Positions 23,996 to 36,956 of a stretch of 64,000 nucleotides of DNA are shown here, in pieces. Every line of letters begins with the position of its first letter. Positions within the stretch are counted from its first letter, which is position 1. The notes beneath the pieces are model-generated. The model searched no databases, had not been told where the DNA came from, and was given only the letters and a program-made list of their open reading frames with translations. Source of the stretch: Isurus oxyrinchus (Eukaryota); assembly GCA_026770705.1 (NCBI GenBank), contig JANJGN010000001.1, forward strand, positions 39,804,001-39,868,000. Reading direction: 5' to 3'. A program made the position numbers and the translations under genes.

Positions 23996-25545
23996 AGGCT
24001 CCTTTTGTTCTTATTCCTCTGCATTTTCATTCCTTTATATACTTCACTGCACTGCACACCCGCTCCCACCGGATCAATGTCTTCAGCGCTTTGCTCATGC
24101 AACTTTTCAGCATCTGCTTCATAACAGCCTTCCTTTTTCTTCCAGCTCACTTCAGCACTCCCGCTTCACACACTTGTCTTTAAACACAACGCTCCTCCTT
24201 TCATTTTGTCTTAAAGCCACTCTCTCATCATCAACTTTCTCGACATTTCTACCTTCATCACCTTCTGCAAAATTAAAAGAACCTTCTCACAACTTGAGAC
24301 CTGTTCACTTTTCACTCTGTTCAACCCAACTCACTTCTAACCACGAATTGGTTCTCATGCCCGATTACTCTGCACAGAATGCAATATCTGGCTGCGCACA
24401 CAAACAACAACAACAACAACAAAGTGCTTTGAAATGGCGCCTTTCATGTCGGAGAACAATCCGAAGCTCTTCACAGTGCTGTTTTCCAACAGAATTGGCA
24501 GGAGGCGGAGTGTCACTTTGCTTCTTTTCAGAGTCCGTTCAGAGTTTCACACCTCATTTACCTGAGGTGATGTTGGTAGGAAAGTGTAAGAGTCTTTGTA
24601 AATGTGTACGGTTTGCCCTTAATCAGCCACAGCTGCTGCAGTTTGAAGAGTCCCAGTTTCTCAAATCTTTCCAAAGAGCCAAAGTTCGTCATCCTGAGCT
24701 GAAGCTGGTTGACCTCTTCTTTCCCTCAGTCGGGAGCCTTGACGTCCTTCCCGAAGCTTGGTGAGCAGAACGACATTCAGGGTACGAGGGCGCAGGACGT
24801 GATAGCACGGTGCTAATGCTGTTGGGATCATGATGCAGAGGCCTGGATAACTCAAATGCTGATGTGAGTTAAGATCCCAGCAAGGCTGCTAGTGGTTTAA
24901 AACAATCGTGTAAATGAACATGGGTTCCAAATGACACTTGTTTGGTGGAGGATTGGGCTGAGACTTCCCTTTGTTTGAAGGCCAATTGTGCCCTTGACAG
25001 ATTACTCAGGACACAATTAGGGGAAAAAATCTAGCAGGCAGTAAATCAGGAATGGCGCAAGGAGTATTCCTTTGGTCGGAAGGAGCTGGATTCCATCAAA
25101 AAGCTTGAAGTTACAACTTGGCCCGATGCTAGCACAGTCAGGAGGTTGTAAAGAAATGTAGTGGCTTGAAGAAGCTGACATATTGCATGAAGTGCTAATG
25201 CAGTGGTGTGAAGTGAGAGTAAAAATACAGGCCGCAAATGATTTGAACAAGTTGTTAGCGTTTTTACATTGATGAGGTGAAGGCAGAGCTGCACTGGGGG
25301 GGGAATCAGATTGCATGAGAGGGGACTTGAGGCACAGGGCAGGTGGCTTAGAAGAATGTTGAAAGCTTGAAATGTGGTTGTGAATGAAATGGGGGTATAG
25401 AGCGGCTTGAGAGATGTTTGTGGTGTTGTGGCTCAGGTATCAGTGAGAAAATTGGATGCAATTTCGGAATTGAAAAGACATTTGGAGGAACTGGGATTGG
25501 ACACAAGTAACAGCATTTGAAAAAAGGCGAATGTGCTAAGCGATT

Positions 25546-25616
25546 GCATTGGTGGTTCAGTGGTAGAATTCTCGCCTGCCATTTAGGAGGCCTGGGTTAG
25601 ATTCCTGGCCAATGCA
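25546..25616 (+). pseudogene. Degenerate tRNA-Gly(GCC), slot A
   Basis: Same as 1473-1543. Confidence 0.85.
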
Positions 25617-25776
25617 ACGTTGGAGTTCCGTTGCTCTTTGAGTTCTTGCTGCACTCTTGCTTGCAATGTCACTGTGTCCTGTGCAGCCACTCAATGTCAT
25701 TGACAGCTTGATTGGGGCTCCAAATTGAAGCGTTTCAAGAAATGAGCTGCATCAAATTGCAGCTTTCCAGTCTGTG

Positions 25777-25847
25777 GCATTGGTGGTTCAGTGGTAGAAT
25801 TCTCGCCTGCCACGCGGGAGGCCCGGGTTCGATTCCCGGCCAATGCA
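25777..25847 (+). tRNA. tRNA-Gly-GCC: tRNA-Gly(GCC), canonical
   Basis: Same as 1704-1774. Confidence 0.97.
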
Positions 25848-27397
25848 AGGCTCCTTTTGTTCTTATTCCTCTGCACTTTCATTCCTTTATATACTTCACT
25901 GCACTGCACACCCGCTCCCACCGGATCAATGCCTTCAGCGCTTTGCTCATGCAACTTTTCAGCATCTGCTTCATAACAGCCTTCCTTTTTCTTCCAGCTC
26001 ACTTCAGCACTCCCGCTTCACACACTTGTCTTTAAACACAACGCTCCTCCTTTCATTTTGTCTTAAAGCCACTCTCTCATCATCAACTTTCTCGACATTT
26101 CTACCTTCATCACCTTCTGCAAAATTAAAAGAACCTTCTCACAACTTGAGACCTGTTCACTTTTCACTCTGTTCAACCCAACTCACTTCTAACCACGAAT
26201 TGGTTCTCAGGCCCGATTACTCTGCACAGAATGCAATATCTGGCTGCGCACACAAACAACAACAACAACAACAAAGTGCTTTGAAATGGCGCCTTTCATG
26301 TCGGAGAACAATCCGAAGCTCTTCACAGTGCTGTTTTCCAACAGAATTGGCAGGAGGCGGAGTGTCACTTTGCTTCTTTTCAGAGTCCGTTCAGAGTTTC
26401 ACAGCTCATTTACCGGAGGTGATGTTGGTAGGAAAGTGTAAGAGTCTTTGTAAATGTGTACGGTTTCCCCTTAATCAGCCACAGCTGCTGCAGTTTGAAG
26501 AGTCCCAGTTTCTCAAATCTTTCCAAAGAGCCAAAGTTCGTCATCCTGAGCTGAAGCTGGTTGACCTCTTCTTTCCCTCAGTCGGGAGCCTTGACGTCCT
26601 TCCCGAAGCTTGGTGAGCAGAACGACATTCAGGGTACGAGGGCGCAGGACGTGATAGCACGGTGCTAATGCTGTTGGGATCATGATGCAGAGGCCTGGAT
26701 AACTCAAATGCTGATGTGAGTTAAGATCCCAGCAAGGCTGCTAGTGGTTTAAAACAATCGTGTAAATGAACATGGGTTCCAAATGACACTTGTTTGGTGG
26801 AGGATTGGGCTGAGACTTCCCTTTGTTTGAAGGCCAATTGTGCCCTTGACAGATTACTCAGGACACAATTAGGGGAAAAAATCTAGCAGGCAGGAAATCA
26901 GGAATGGTGCAAGGAGTATTCCTTTGGTCGGAAGGAGCTGGATTCCATCAAAAAGCTTGAAGTTACAACTTGGCCCGATGCTAGCACAGTCAGGAGGTTG
27001 TAAAGAAATGTAGTGGCTTGAAGAAGCTGACATATTGCATGAAGTGCTAATGCAGTGGTGTGAAGTGAGAGTAAAAATACAGGCCGCAAATGATTTGAAC
27101 AAGTTGTTAGCGTTTTTACATTGATGAGGTGAAGGCAGAGCTGCACTGGGGGGGGAATCAGATTGCATGAGAGGGGACTTGAGGCACAGGGCAGGTGGCT
27201 TAGAAGAATGTTGAAAGCTTGAAATGTGGTTGTGAATGAAATGGGGGTATAGAGCGGCTTGAGAGATGTTTGTGGTGTTGTGGCTCAGGTATCAGTGAGA
27301 AAATTGGATGCAATTTCGGAATTGAAAAGACATTTGGAGGAACTGGGATTGGACACAAGTAACAGCATTTGAAAAAAGGCGAATGTGCTAAGCGATT

Positions 27398-27468
27398 GCA
27401 TTGGTGGTTCAGTGGTAGAATTCTCGCCTGCCATTTAGGAGGCCTGGGTTAGATTCCTGGCCAATGCA
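27398..27468 (+). pseudogene. Degenerate tRNA-Gly(GCC), slot A
   Basis: Same as 1473-1543. Confidence 0.85.
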
Positions 27469-27628
27469 ACGTTGGAGTTCCGTTGCTCTTTGAGTTCTTG
27501 CTGCACTCTTGCTTGCAATGTCACTGTGTCCTGTGCAGCCACTCAATGTCATTGACAGCTTGATCGGGACTCCAAATTGAAGCGTTTCAAGAAATGAGCT
27601 GCATCAAATTGCAGCTTTCCAGTCTGTG

Positions 27629-27699
27629 GCATTGGTGGTTCAGTGGTAGAATTCTCGCCTGCCACGCGGGAGGCCCGGGTTCGATTCCCGGCCAATGCA
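27629..27699 (+). tRNA. tRNA-Gly-GCC: tRNA-Gly(GCC), canonical
   Basis: Same as 1704-1774. Confidence 0.97.
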
Positions 27700-29249
27700 A
27701 GGCTCCTTTTGTTCTTATTCCTCTGCACTTTCATTCCTTTATATACTTCACTGCACTGCACACCCGCTCCCACCGGATCAATGTCTTCAGCGCTTTGCTC
27801 ATGCAACTTTTCAGCATCTGCTTCATAACAGCCTTCCTTTTTCTTCCAGCTCACTTCAGCACTCCCGCTTCACACACTTGTCTTTAAACACAACGCTCCT
27901 CCTTTCATTTTCTCTTAAAGCCACTCTCTCATCATCAACTTTCTCGACATTTCTACCTTCATCACCTTCTGCAAAATTAAAAGAACCTTCTCACAACTTG
28001 AGACCTGTTCACTTTTCACTCTGTTCAACCCAACTCACTTCTAACCACGAATTGGTTCTCAGGCCCGATTACTCTGCACAGAATGCAATATCTGGCTGCG
28101 CACACAAACAACAACAACAACAACAAAGTGCTTTGAAATGGCGCCTTTCATGTCGGAGAACAATCCGAAGCTCTTCACAGTGCTGTTTTCCAACAGAATT
28201 GGCAGGAGGCGGAGTGTCACTTTGCTTCTTTTCAGAGTCCGTTCAGAGTTTCACAGCTCATTTACCTGAGGTGATGTTGGTAGGAAAGTGTAAGAGTCTT
28301 TGTAAATGTGTACGGTTTCCCCTTAATCAGCCACAGCTGCTGCAGTTTGAAGAGTCCCAGTTTCTCAAATCTTTCCAAAGAGCCAAAGTTCGTCATCCTG
28401 AGCTGAAGCTGGTTGACCTCTTCTTTCCCTCAGTCGGGAGCCTTGACGTCCTTCCCGAAGCTTGGTGAGCAGAACGACATTCAGGGTACGAGGGCGCAGG
28501 ACGTGATAGCACGGTGCTAATGCTGTTGGGATCATGATGCAGAGGCCTGGATAACTCAAATGCTGATGTGAGTTAAGATCCCAGCAAGGCTGCTAGTGGT
28601 TTAAAACAATCGTGTAAATGAACATGGGTTCCAAATGACACTTGTTTGGTGGAGGATTGGGCTGAGACTTCCCTTTGTTTGAAGGCCAATTGTGCCCTTG
28701 ACAGATTACTCAGGACACAATTAGGGGAAAAAATCTAGCAGGCAGGAAATCAGGAATGGCGCAAGGAGTATTCCTTTGGTCGGAAGGAGCTGGATTCCAT
28801 CAAAAAGCTTGAAGTTACAACTTGGCCCGATGCTAGCACAGTCAGGAGGTTGTAAAGAAATGTAGTGGCTTGAAGAAGCTGACATATTGCATGAAGTGCT
28901 AATGCAGTGGTGTGAAGTGAGAGTAAAAATACAGGCCGCAAATGATTTGAACAAGTTGTTAGCGTTTTTACATTGATGAGGTGAAGGCAGAGCTGCACTG
29001 GGGGGGGAATCAGATTGCATGAGAGGGGACTTGAGGCACAGGGCAGGTGGCTTAGAAGAATGTTGAAAGCTTGAAATGTGGTTGTGAATGAAATGGGGGT
29101 ATAGAGCGGCTTGAGAGATGTTTGTGGTGTTGTGGCTCAGGTATCAGTGAGAAAATTGGATGCAATTTCGGAATTGAAAAGACATTTGGAGGAACTGGGA
29201 TTGGACACAAGTAACAGCATTTGAAAAAAGGCGAATGTGCTAAGCGATT

Positions 29250-29320
29250 GCATTGGTGGTTCAGTGGTAGAATTCTCGCCTGCCATTTAGGAGGCCTGGG
29301 TTAGATTCCTGGCCAATGCA
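29250..29320 (+). pseudogene. Degenerate tRNA-Gly(GCC), slot A
   Basis: Same as 1473-1543. Confidence 0.85.
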
Positions 29321-29480
29321 ACGTTGGAGTTCCGTTGCTCTTTGAGTTCTTGCTGCACTCTTGCTTGCAATGTCACTGTGTCCTGTGCAGCCACTCAATG
29401 TCATTGACAGCTTGATTGGGGCTCCAAATTGAAGCGTTTCAAGAAATGAGCTGCATCAAATTGCAGCTTTCCAGTCTGTG

Positions 29481-29551
29481 GCATTGGTGGTTCAGTGGTA
29501 GAATTCTCGCCTGCCACGCGGGAGGCCTGGGTTCGATTCCCGGCCAATGCA
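29481..29551 (+). tRNA. tRNA-Gly-GCC: tRNA-Gly(GCC) variant C48T (U-G wobble in T stem)
   Basis: ggaggccTgggttcg. Confidence 0.9.
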
Positions 29552-31101
29552 AGGCTCCTTTTGTTCTTATTCCTCTGCACTTTCATTCCTTTATATACTT
29601 CACTGCACTGCACACCCGCTCCCACCGGATCAATGCCTTCAGCGCTTTGCTCATGCAACTTTTCAGCATCTGCTTCATAACAGCCTTCCTTTTTCTTCCA
29701 GCTCACTTCAGCACTCCCGCTTCACACACTTGTCTTTAAACACAACGCTCCTCCTTTCATTTTGTCTTAAAGCCACTCTCTCATCATCAACTTTCTCGAC
29801 ATTTCTACCTTCATCACCTTCTGCAAAATTAAAAGAACCTTCTCACAACTTGAGACCTGTTCACTTTTCACTCTGTTCAACCCAACTCACTTCTAACCAC
29901 GAATTGGTTCTCAGGCCCGATTACTCTGCACAGAATGCAATATCTGGCTGCGCACACAAACAACAACAACAACAACAAAGTGCTTTGAAATGGCGCCTTT
30001 CATGTCGGAGAACAATCCGAAGCTCTTCACAGTGCTGTTTTCCAACAGAATTGGCAGGAGGCGGAGTGTCACTTTGCTTCTTTTCAGAGTCCGTTCAGAG
30101 TTTCACAGCTCATTTACTTGAGGTGATGTTGGTAGGAAAGTGTAAGAGTCTTTGTAAATGTGTACGGTTTCCCCTTAATCAGCCACAGCTGCTGCAGTTT
30201 GAAGAGTCCCAGTTTCTCAAATCTTTCCAAAGAGCCAAAGTTCGTCATCCTGAGCTGAAGCTGGTTGACCTCTTCTTTCCCTCAGTCGGGAGCCTTGACG
30301 TCCTTCCCGAAGCTTGGTGAGCAGAACGACATTCAGGGTACGAGGGCGCAGGACGTGATAGCACGGTGCTAATGCTGTTGGGATCATGATGCAGAGGCCT
30401 GGATAACTCAAATGCTGATGTGAGTTAAGATCCCAGCAAGGCTGCTAGTGGTTTAAAACAATCGTGTAAATGAACATGGGTTCCAAATGACACTTGTTTG
30501 GTGGAGGATTGGGCTGAGACTTCCCTTTGTTTGAAGGCCAGTTGTGCCCTTGACAGATTACTCAGGACACAATTAGGGGAAAAAATCTAGCAGGCAGGAA
30601 ATCAGGAATGGCGCAAGGAGTATTCCTTTGGTCGGAAGGAGCTGGATTCCATCAAAAAGCTTGAAGTTACAACTTGGCCCGATGCTAGCACAGTCAGGAG
30701 GTTGTAAAGAAATGTAGTGGCTTGAAGAAGCTGACATATTGCATGAAGTGCTAATGCAGTGGTGTGAAGTGAGAGTAAAAATACAGGCCGCAAATGATTT
30801 GAACAAGTTGTTAGCGTTTTTACATTGATGAGGTGAAGGCAGAGCTGCACTGGGGGGGGAATCAGATTGCATGAGAGGGGACTTGAGGCACAGGGCAGGT
30901 GGCTTAGAAGAATGTTGAAAGCTTGAAATGTGGTTGTGAATGAAATGGGGGTATAGAGCGGCTTGAGAGATGTTTGTGGTGTTGTGGCTCAGGTATCAGT
31001 GAGAAAATTGGATGCAATTTCGGAATTGAAAAGACATTTGGAGGAACTGGGATTGGACACAAGTAACAGCATTTGAAAAAAGGCGAATGTGCTAAGCGAT
31101 T

Positions 31102-31172
31102 GCATTGGTGGTTCAGTGGTAGAATTCTCGCCTGCCATTTAGGAGGCCTGGGTTAGATTCCTGGCCAATGCA
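31102..31172 (+). pseudogene. Degenerate tRNA-Gly(GCC), slot A
   Basis: Same as 1473-1543. Confidence 0.85.
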
Positions 31173-31332
31173 ACGTTGGAGTTCCGTTGCTCTTTGAGTT
31201 CTTGCTGCACTCTTGCTTGCAATGTCACTGTGTCCTGTGCAGCCACTCAATGTCATTGACAGCTTGATTGGGGCTCCAAATTGAAGCGTTTCAAGAAATG
31301 AGCTGCATCAAATTGCAGCTTTCCAGTCTGTG

Positions 31333-31403
31333 GCATTGGTGGTTCAGTGGTAGAATTCTCACTTTGCACGCGGGAGGCCTGGGTTCGATTCCCGGCCAAT
31401 GCA
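31333..31403 (+). tRNA. tRNA-Gly-derived gene with TGC (Ala) anticodon; function doubtful
   Basis: Anticodon arm CTCAC-TT-TGC-AC-GCGGG vs canonical CTCGC-CT-GCC-AC-GCGGG; also C48T; A and B boxes and terminator intact. Confidence 0.7.
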
Positions 31404-32951
31404 AGGCTCCTTTTGTTCTTATTCCTCTGCACTTTCATTCCTTTATATACTTCACTGCACTGCACACCCGCTCCCACCGGATCAATGTCTTCAGCGCTTT
31501 GCTCATGCAACTTTTCAGCATCTGCTTCATAACAGCCTTCCTTTTTCTTCCAGCTCACTTCAGCACTCCCGCTTCACACACGTCTTTAAACACAACGCTC
31601 CTCCTTTCATTTTGTCTTAAAGCCACTCTCTCATCATCAACTTTCTCGACATTTCTACCTTCATCACCTTCTGCAAAATTAAAAGAACCTTCTCACAACT
31701 TGAGACCTGTTCACTTTTCACTCTGTTCAACTCAACTCACTTCTAACCACGAATTGGTTCTCAGGCCCGATTACTCTGCACAGAATGCAATATCTGGCTG
31801 CGCACACAAACAACAACAACAACAACAAAGTGCTTTGAAATGGCGCCTTTCATGTCGGAGAACAATCCGAAGCTCTTCACAGTGCTGTTTTCCAACAGAA
31901 TTGGCAGGAGGCGGAGTGTCACTTTGCTTCTTTTCAGAGTCCGTTCAGAGTTTCACACCTCATTTACCTGAGGTGATGTTGGTAGGAAAGTGTAAGAGTC
32001 TTTGTAAATGTGTAAGGTTTGCCCTAAATCAGCCACAGCTGCTGCAGTTTGAAGAGTCCCAGTTTATCAAATCTTTCCAAAGAGCCAAAGTTCGTCATCC
32101 TGAGCTGAAGCTGGTTGACCTCTTCTTTCCCTCAGTCGGGAGCCTTGACGTCCTTCCCGAAGCTTGGTGAGCAGAACGACATTCAGGGTACGAGGGCGCA
32201 GGACGTGATAGCACGGTGCTAATGCTGTTGGGATCATGATGCAGAGGCCTGGATAACTCAAATGCTGATGTGAGTTAAGATCCCAGCAAGGCTGCTAGTG
32301 GTTTAAAACAATCGTGTAAATGAACATGGGTTCCAAATGACACTTGTTTGGTGGAGGATTGGGCTGAGACTTCCCTTTGTTTGACGGCCAATTGTGCCCT
32401 TGACAGATTACTCAGGACACAATTAGGGGAAAAAATCTAGCAGGCAGGAAATCAGGAATGGCGCAAGGAGTATTCCTTTGGTCGGAAGGAGCTGGATTCC
32501 ATCAAAAAGCTTGAAGTTACAACTTGGCCCGATGCTAGCACAGTCAGGAGGTTGTAAAGAAATGTAGTGGCTTGAAGAAGCTGACATATTGCATGAAGTG
32601 CTAATGCAGTGGTGTGAAGTGAGAGTAAAAATACAGGCCGCAAATGATTTGAACAAGTTGTTAGCGTTTTTACATTGATGAGGTGAAGGCAGAGCTGCAC
32701 TGGGGGGGGAATCAGATTGCATGAGAGGGGACTTGAGGCACAGGGCAGGTGGCTTAGAAGAATGTTGAAAGCTTGAAATGTGGTTGTGAATGAAATGGGG
32801 GTATAGAGCGGCTTGAGAGATGTTTGTGGTGTTGTGGCTCAGGTATCAGTGAGAAAATTGGATGCAATTTCGGAATTGAAAAGACATTTGGAGGAACTGG
32901 GATTGGACACAAGTAACAGCATTTGAAAAAAGGCGAATGTGCTAAGCGATT

Positions 32952-33022
32952 GCATTGGTGGTTCAGTGGTAGAATTCTCGCCTGCCATTTAGGAGGCCTG
33001 GGTTAGATTCCTGGCCAATGCA
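32952..33022 (+). pseudogene. Degenerate tRNA-Gly(GCC), slot A
   Basis: Same as 1473-1543. Confidence 0.85.
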
Positions 33023-33182
33023 ACGTTGGAGTTCCGTTGCTCTTTGAGTTCTTGCTGCACTCTTGCTTGCAATGTCACTGTGTCCTGTGCAGCCACTCAA
33101 TGTCATTGACAGCTTGATTGGGGCTCCAAATTGAAGCGTTTCAAGAAATGAGCTGCATCAAATTGCAGCTTTCCAGTCTGTG

Positions 33183-33253
33183 GCATTGGTGGTTCAGTGG
33201 TAGAATTCTCGCCTGCCATGCGGGAGTCCTGGGTTCGATTCCCGGCCAATGCA
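33183..33253 (+). tRNA. tRNA-Gly-GCC: tRNA-Gly(GCC) variant C37T, G45T, C48T
   Basis: gcctgccaTgcgggagTccTgggttcg. Confidence 0.8.
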
Positions 33254-34803
33254 AGGCTCCTTTTGTTCTTATTCCTCTGCATTTTCATTCCTTTATATAC
33301 TTCACTGCACTGCACACCCGCTCCCACCGGATCAATGTCTTCAGCGCTTTGCTCATGCAACTTTTCAGCATCTGCTTCATAACAGCCTTCCTTTTTCTTC
33401 CAGCTCACTTCAGCACTCCCGCTTCACACACTTGTCTTTAAACACAACGCTCCTCCTTTCATTTTGTCTTAAAGCCACTCTCTCATCATCAACTTTCTCG
33501 ACATTTCTACCTTCATCACCTTCTGCAAAATTAAAAGAACCTTCTCACAACTTGAGACCTGTTCACTTTTCACTCTGTTCAACCCAACTCACTTCTAACC
33601 ACGAATTGGTTCTCATGCCCGATTACTCTGCACAGAATGCAATATCTGGCTGCGCACACAAACAACAACAACAACAACAAAGTGCTTTGAAATGGCGCCT
33701 TTCATGTCGGAGAACAATCCGAAGCTCTTCACAGTGCTGTTTTCCAACAGAATTGGCAGGAGGCGGAGTGTCACTTTGCTTCTTTTCAGAGTCCGTTCAG
33801 AGTTTCACACCTCATTTACCTGAGGTGATGTTGGTAGGAAAGTGTAAGAGTCTTTGTAAATGTGTACGGTTTGCCCTTAATCAGCCACAGCTGCTGCAGT
33901 TTGAAGAGTCCCAGTTTCTCAAATCTTTCCAAAGAGCCAAAGTTCGTCATCCTGAGCTGAAGCTGGTTGACCTCTTCTTTCCCTCAGTCGGGAGCCTTGA
34001 CGTCCTTCCCGAAGCTTGGTGAGCAGAACGACATTCAGGGTACGAGGGCGCAGGACGTGATAGCACGGTGCTAATGCTGTTGGGATCATGATGCAGAGGC
34101 CTGGATAACTCAAATGCTGATGTGAGTTAAGATCCCAGCAAGGCTGCTAGTGGTTTAAAACAATCGTGTAAATGAACATGGGTTCCAAATGACACTTGTT
34201 TGGTGGAGGATTGGGCTGAGACTTCCCTTTGTTTGAAGGCCAATTGTGACCTTGACAGATTACTCAGGACACAATTAGGGGAAAAAATCTGGCAGGCAGG
34301 AAATCAGGAATGGCGCAAGGAGTATTCCTTTGGTCGGAAGGAGCTGGATTCCATCAAAAAGCTTGAAGTTACAACTTGGCCCGATGCTAGCACAGTCAGG
34401 AGGTTGTAAAGAAATGTAGTGGCTTGAAGAAGCTGACATATTGCATGAAGTGCTAATGCAGTGGTGTGAAGTGAGAGTAAAAATACAGGCCGCAAATGAT
34501 TTGAACAAGTTGTTAGCGTTTTTACATTGATGAGGTGAAGGCAGAGCTGCACTGGGGGGGGAATCAGATTGCATGAGAGGGGACTTGAGGCACAGGGCAG
34601 GTGGCTTAGAAGAATGTTGAAAGCTTGAAATGTGGTTGTGAATGAAATGGGGGTATAGAGCGGCTTGAGAGATGTTTGTGGTGTTGTGGCTCAGGTATCA
34701 GTGAGAAAATTGGATGCAATTTCGGAATTGAAAAGACATTTGGAGGAACTGGGATTGGACACAAGTAACAGCATTTGAAAAAAGGCGAATGTGCTAAGCG
34801 ATT

Positions 34804-34874
34804 GCATTGGTGGTTCAGTGGTAGAATTCTCGCCTGCCATTTAGGAGGCCTGGGTTAGATTCCTGGCCAATGCA
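34804..34874 (+). pseudogene. Degenerate tRNA-Gly(GCC), slot A
   Basis: Same as 1473-1543. Confidence 0.85.
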
Positions 34875-35034
34875 ACGTTGGAGTTCCGTTGCTCTTTGAG
34901 TTCTTGCTGCACTCTTGCTTGCAATGTCACTGTGTCCTGTGCAGCCACTCAATGTCATTGACAGCTTGATTGGGACTCCAAATTGAAGCGTTTCAAGAAA
35001 TGAGCTGCATCAAATTGCAGCTTTCCAGTCTGTG

Positions 35035-35105
35035 GCATTGGTGGTTCAGTGGTAGAATTCTCGCCTGCCACGCGGGAGGCCCGGGTTCGATTCCCGGCCA
35101 ATGCA
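35035..35105 (+). tRNA. tRNA-Gly-GCC: tRNA-Gly(GCC), canonical
   Basis: Same as 1704-1774. Confidence 0.97.
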
Positions 35106-36654
35106 AGGCTCCTTTTGTTCTTATTCCTCTGCACTTTCATTCCTTTATATACTTCACTGCACTGCACACCCGCTCCCACCAGATCAATGTCTTCAGCGCT
35201 TTGCTCATGCAACTTTTCAGCATCTGCTTCATAACAGCCTTCCTTTTTCTTCCAGCTCACTTCAGCACTCCCGCTTCACACACTTGTCTTTAAACACAAC
35301 GCTCCTCCTTTCATTTTGTCTTAAAGCCACTCTCTCATCATCAACTTTCTCGACATTTCTACCTTCATCACCTTCTGCAAAATTAAAAGAACCTTCTCAC
35401 AACTTGAGACCTGTTCACTTTTCACTCTGTTCAACCCAACTCACTTCTAACCACGAATTGGTTCTCAGGCCCGATTACTCTGCACAGAATGCAATATCTG
35501 GCTGCGCACACAAACAACAACAACAACAACAAAGTGCTTTGAAATGGCGCCTTTCATGTCGGAGAACAATCCGAAGCTCTTCACAGTGCTGTTTTCCAAC
35601 AGAATTGGCAGGAGGCGGAGTGTCACTTTGCTTCTTTTCAGAGTCCGTTCAGAGTTTCACAGCTCATTTACCTGAGGTGATGTTGGTAGGAAAGTGTAAG
35701 AGTCTTTGTAAATGTGTACGGTTTCCCCTTAATCAGCCACAGCTGCTGCAGTTTGAAGAGTCCCAGTTTCTCAAATCTTTCCAAAGAGCCAAAGTTCGTC
35801 ATCCTGAGCTGAAGCTGGTTGACCTCTTCTTTCCCTCAGTCGGGAGCCTTGACGTCCTTCCCGAAGCTTGGTGAGCAGAACGACATTCAGGGTACGAGGG
35901 CGCAGGACGTGATAGCACGGTGCTAATGCTGTTGGGATCATGATGCAGAGGCCTGGATAACTCAAATGCTGATGTGAGTTAAGATCCCAGCAAGGCTGCT
36001 AGTGGTTTAAAACAATCGTGTAAATGAACATGGGTTCCAAATGACACTTGTTTGGTGGAGGATTGGGCTGAGACTTCCCTTTGTTTGAAGGCCAATTGTG
36101 ACCTTGACAGATTACTCAGGACACAATTAGGGGAAAAAATCTGGCAGGCAGGAAATCAGGAATGGCGCAAGGAGTATTCCTTTGGTCGGAAGGAGCTGGA
36201 TTCCATCAAAAAGCTTCAAGTTACAACTTGGCCCGATGCTAGCACAGTCAGGAGGTTGTAAAGAAATGTAGTGGCTTGAAGAAGCTGACATATTGCATGA
36301 AGTGCTAATGCAGTGGTGTGAAGTGAGAGTAAAAATACAGGCCGCAATGATTTGAACAAGTTGTTAGCGTTTTTACATTGATGAGGTGAAGGCAGAGCTG
36401 CACTGGGGGGGGAATCAGATTGCATGAGAGGGGACTTGAGGCACAGGGCAGGTGGCTTAGAAGAATGTTGAAAGCTTGAAATGTGGTTGTGAATGAAATG
36501 GGGGTATAGAGCGGCTTGAGAGATGTTTGTGGTGTTGTGGCTCAGGTATCAGTGAGAAAATTGGATGCAATTTCGGAATTGAAAAGACATTTGGAGGAAC
36601 TGGGATTGGACACAAGTAACAGCATTTGAAAAAAGGCGAATGTGCTAAGCGATT

Positions 36655-36725
36655 GCATTGGTGGTTCAGTGGTAGAATTCTCGCCTGCCATTTAGGAGGC
36701 CTGGGTTAGATTCCTGGCCAATGCA
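36655..36725 (+). pseudogene. Degenerate tRNA-Gly(GCC), slot A
   Basis: Same as 1473-1543. Confidence 0.85.
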
Positions 36726-36885
36726 ACGTTGGAGTTCCGTTGCTCTTTGAGTTCTTGCTGCACTCTTGCTTGCAATGTCACTGTGTCCTGTGCAGCCACT
36801 CAATGTCATTGACAGCTTGATTGGGACTCCAAATTGAAGCGTTTCAAGAAATGAGCTGCATCAAATTGCAGCTTTCCAGTCTGTG

Positions 36886-36956
36886 GCATTGGTGGTTCAG
36901 TGGTAGAATTCTCGCCTGCCACGCGGGAGGCCTGGGTTCGATTCCCGGCCAATGCA
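36886..36956 (+). tRNA. tRNA-Gly-GCC: tRNA-Gly(GCC) variant C48T
   Basis: ggaggccTgggttcg. Confidence 0.9.

Noticed and set aside
33183-33253. Gene conversion from slot A into slot B (shared T37 and T48 alleles)
   Set aside because: Intervening nt 38-40 stay GCG rather than TTA, so independent CpG deamination is more parsimonious.
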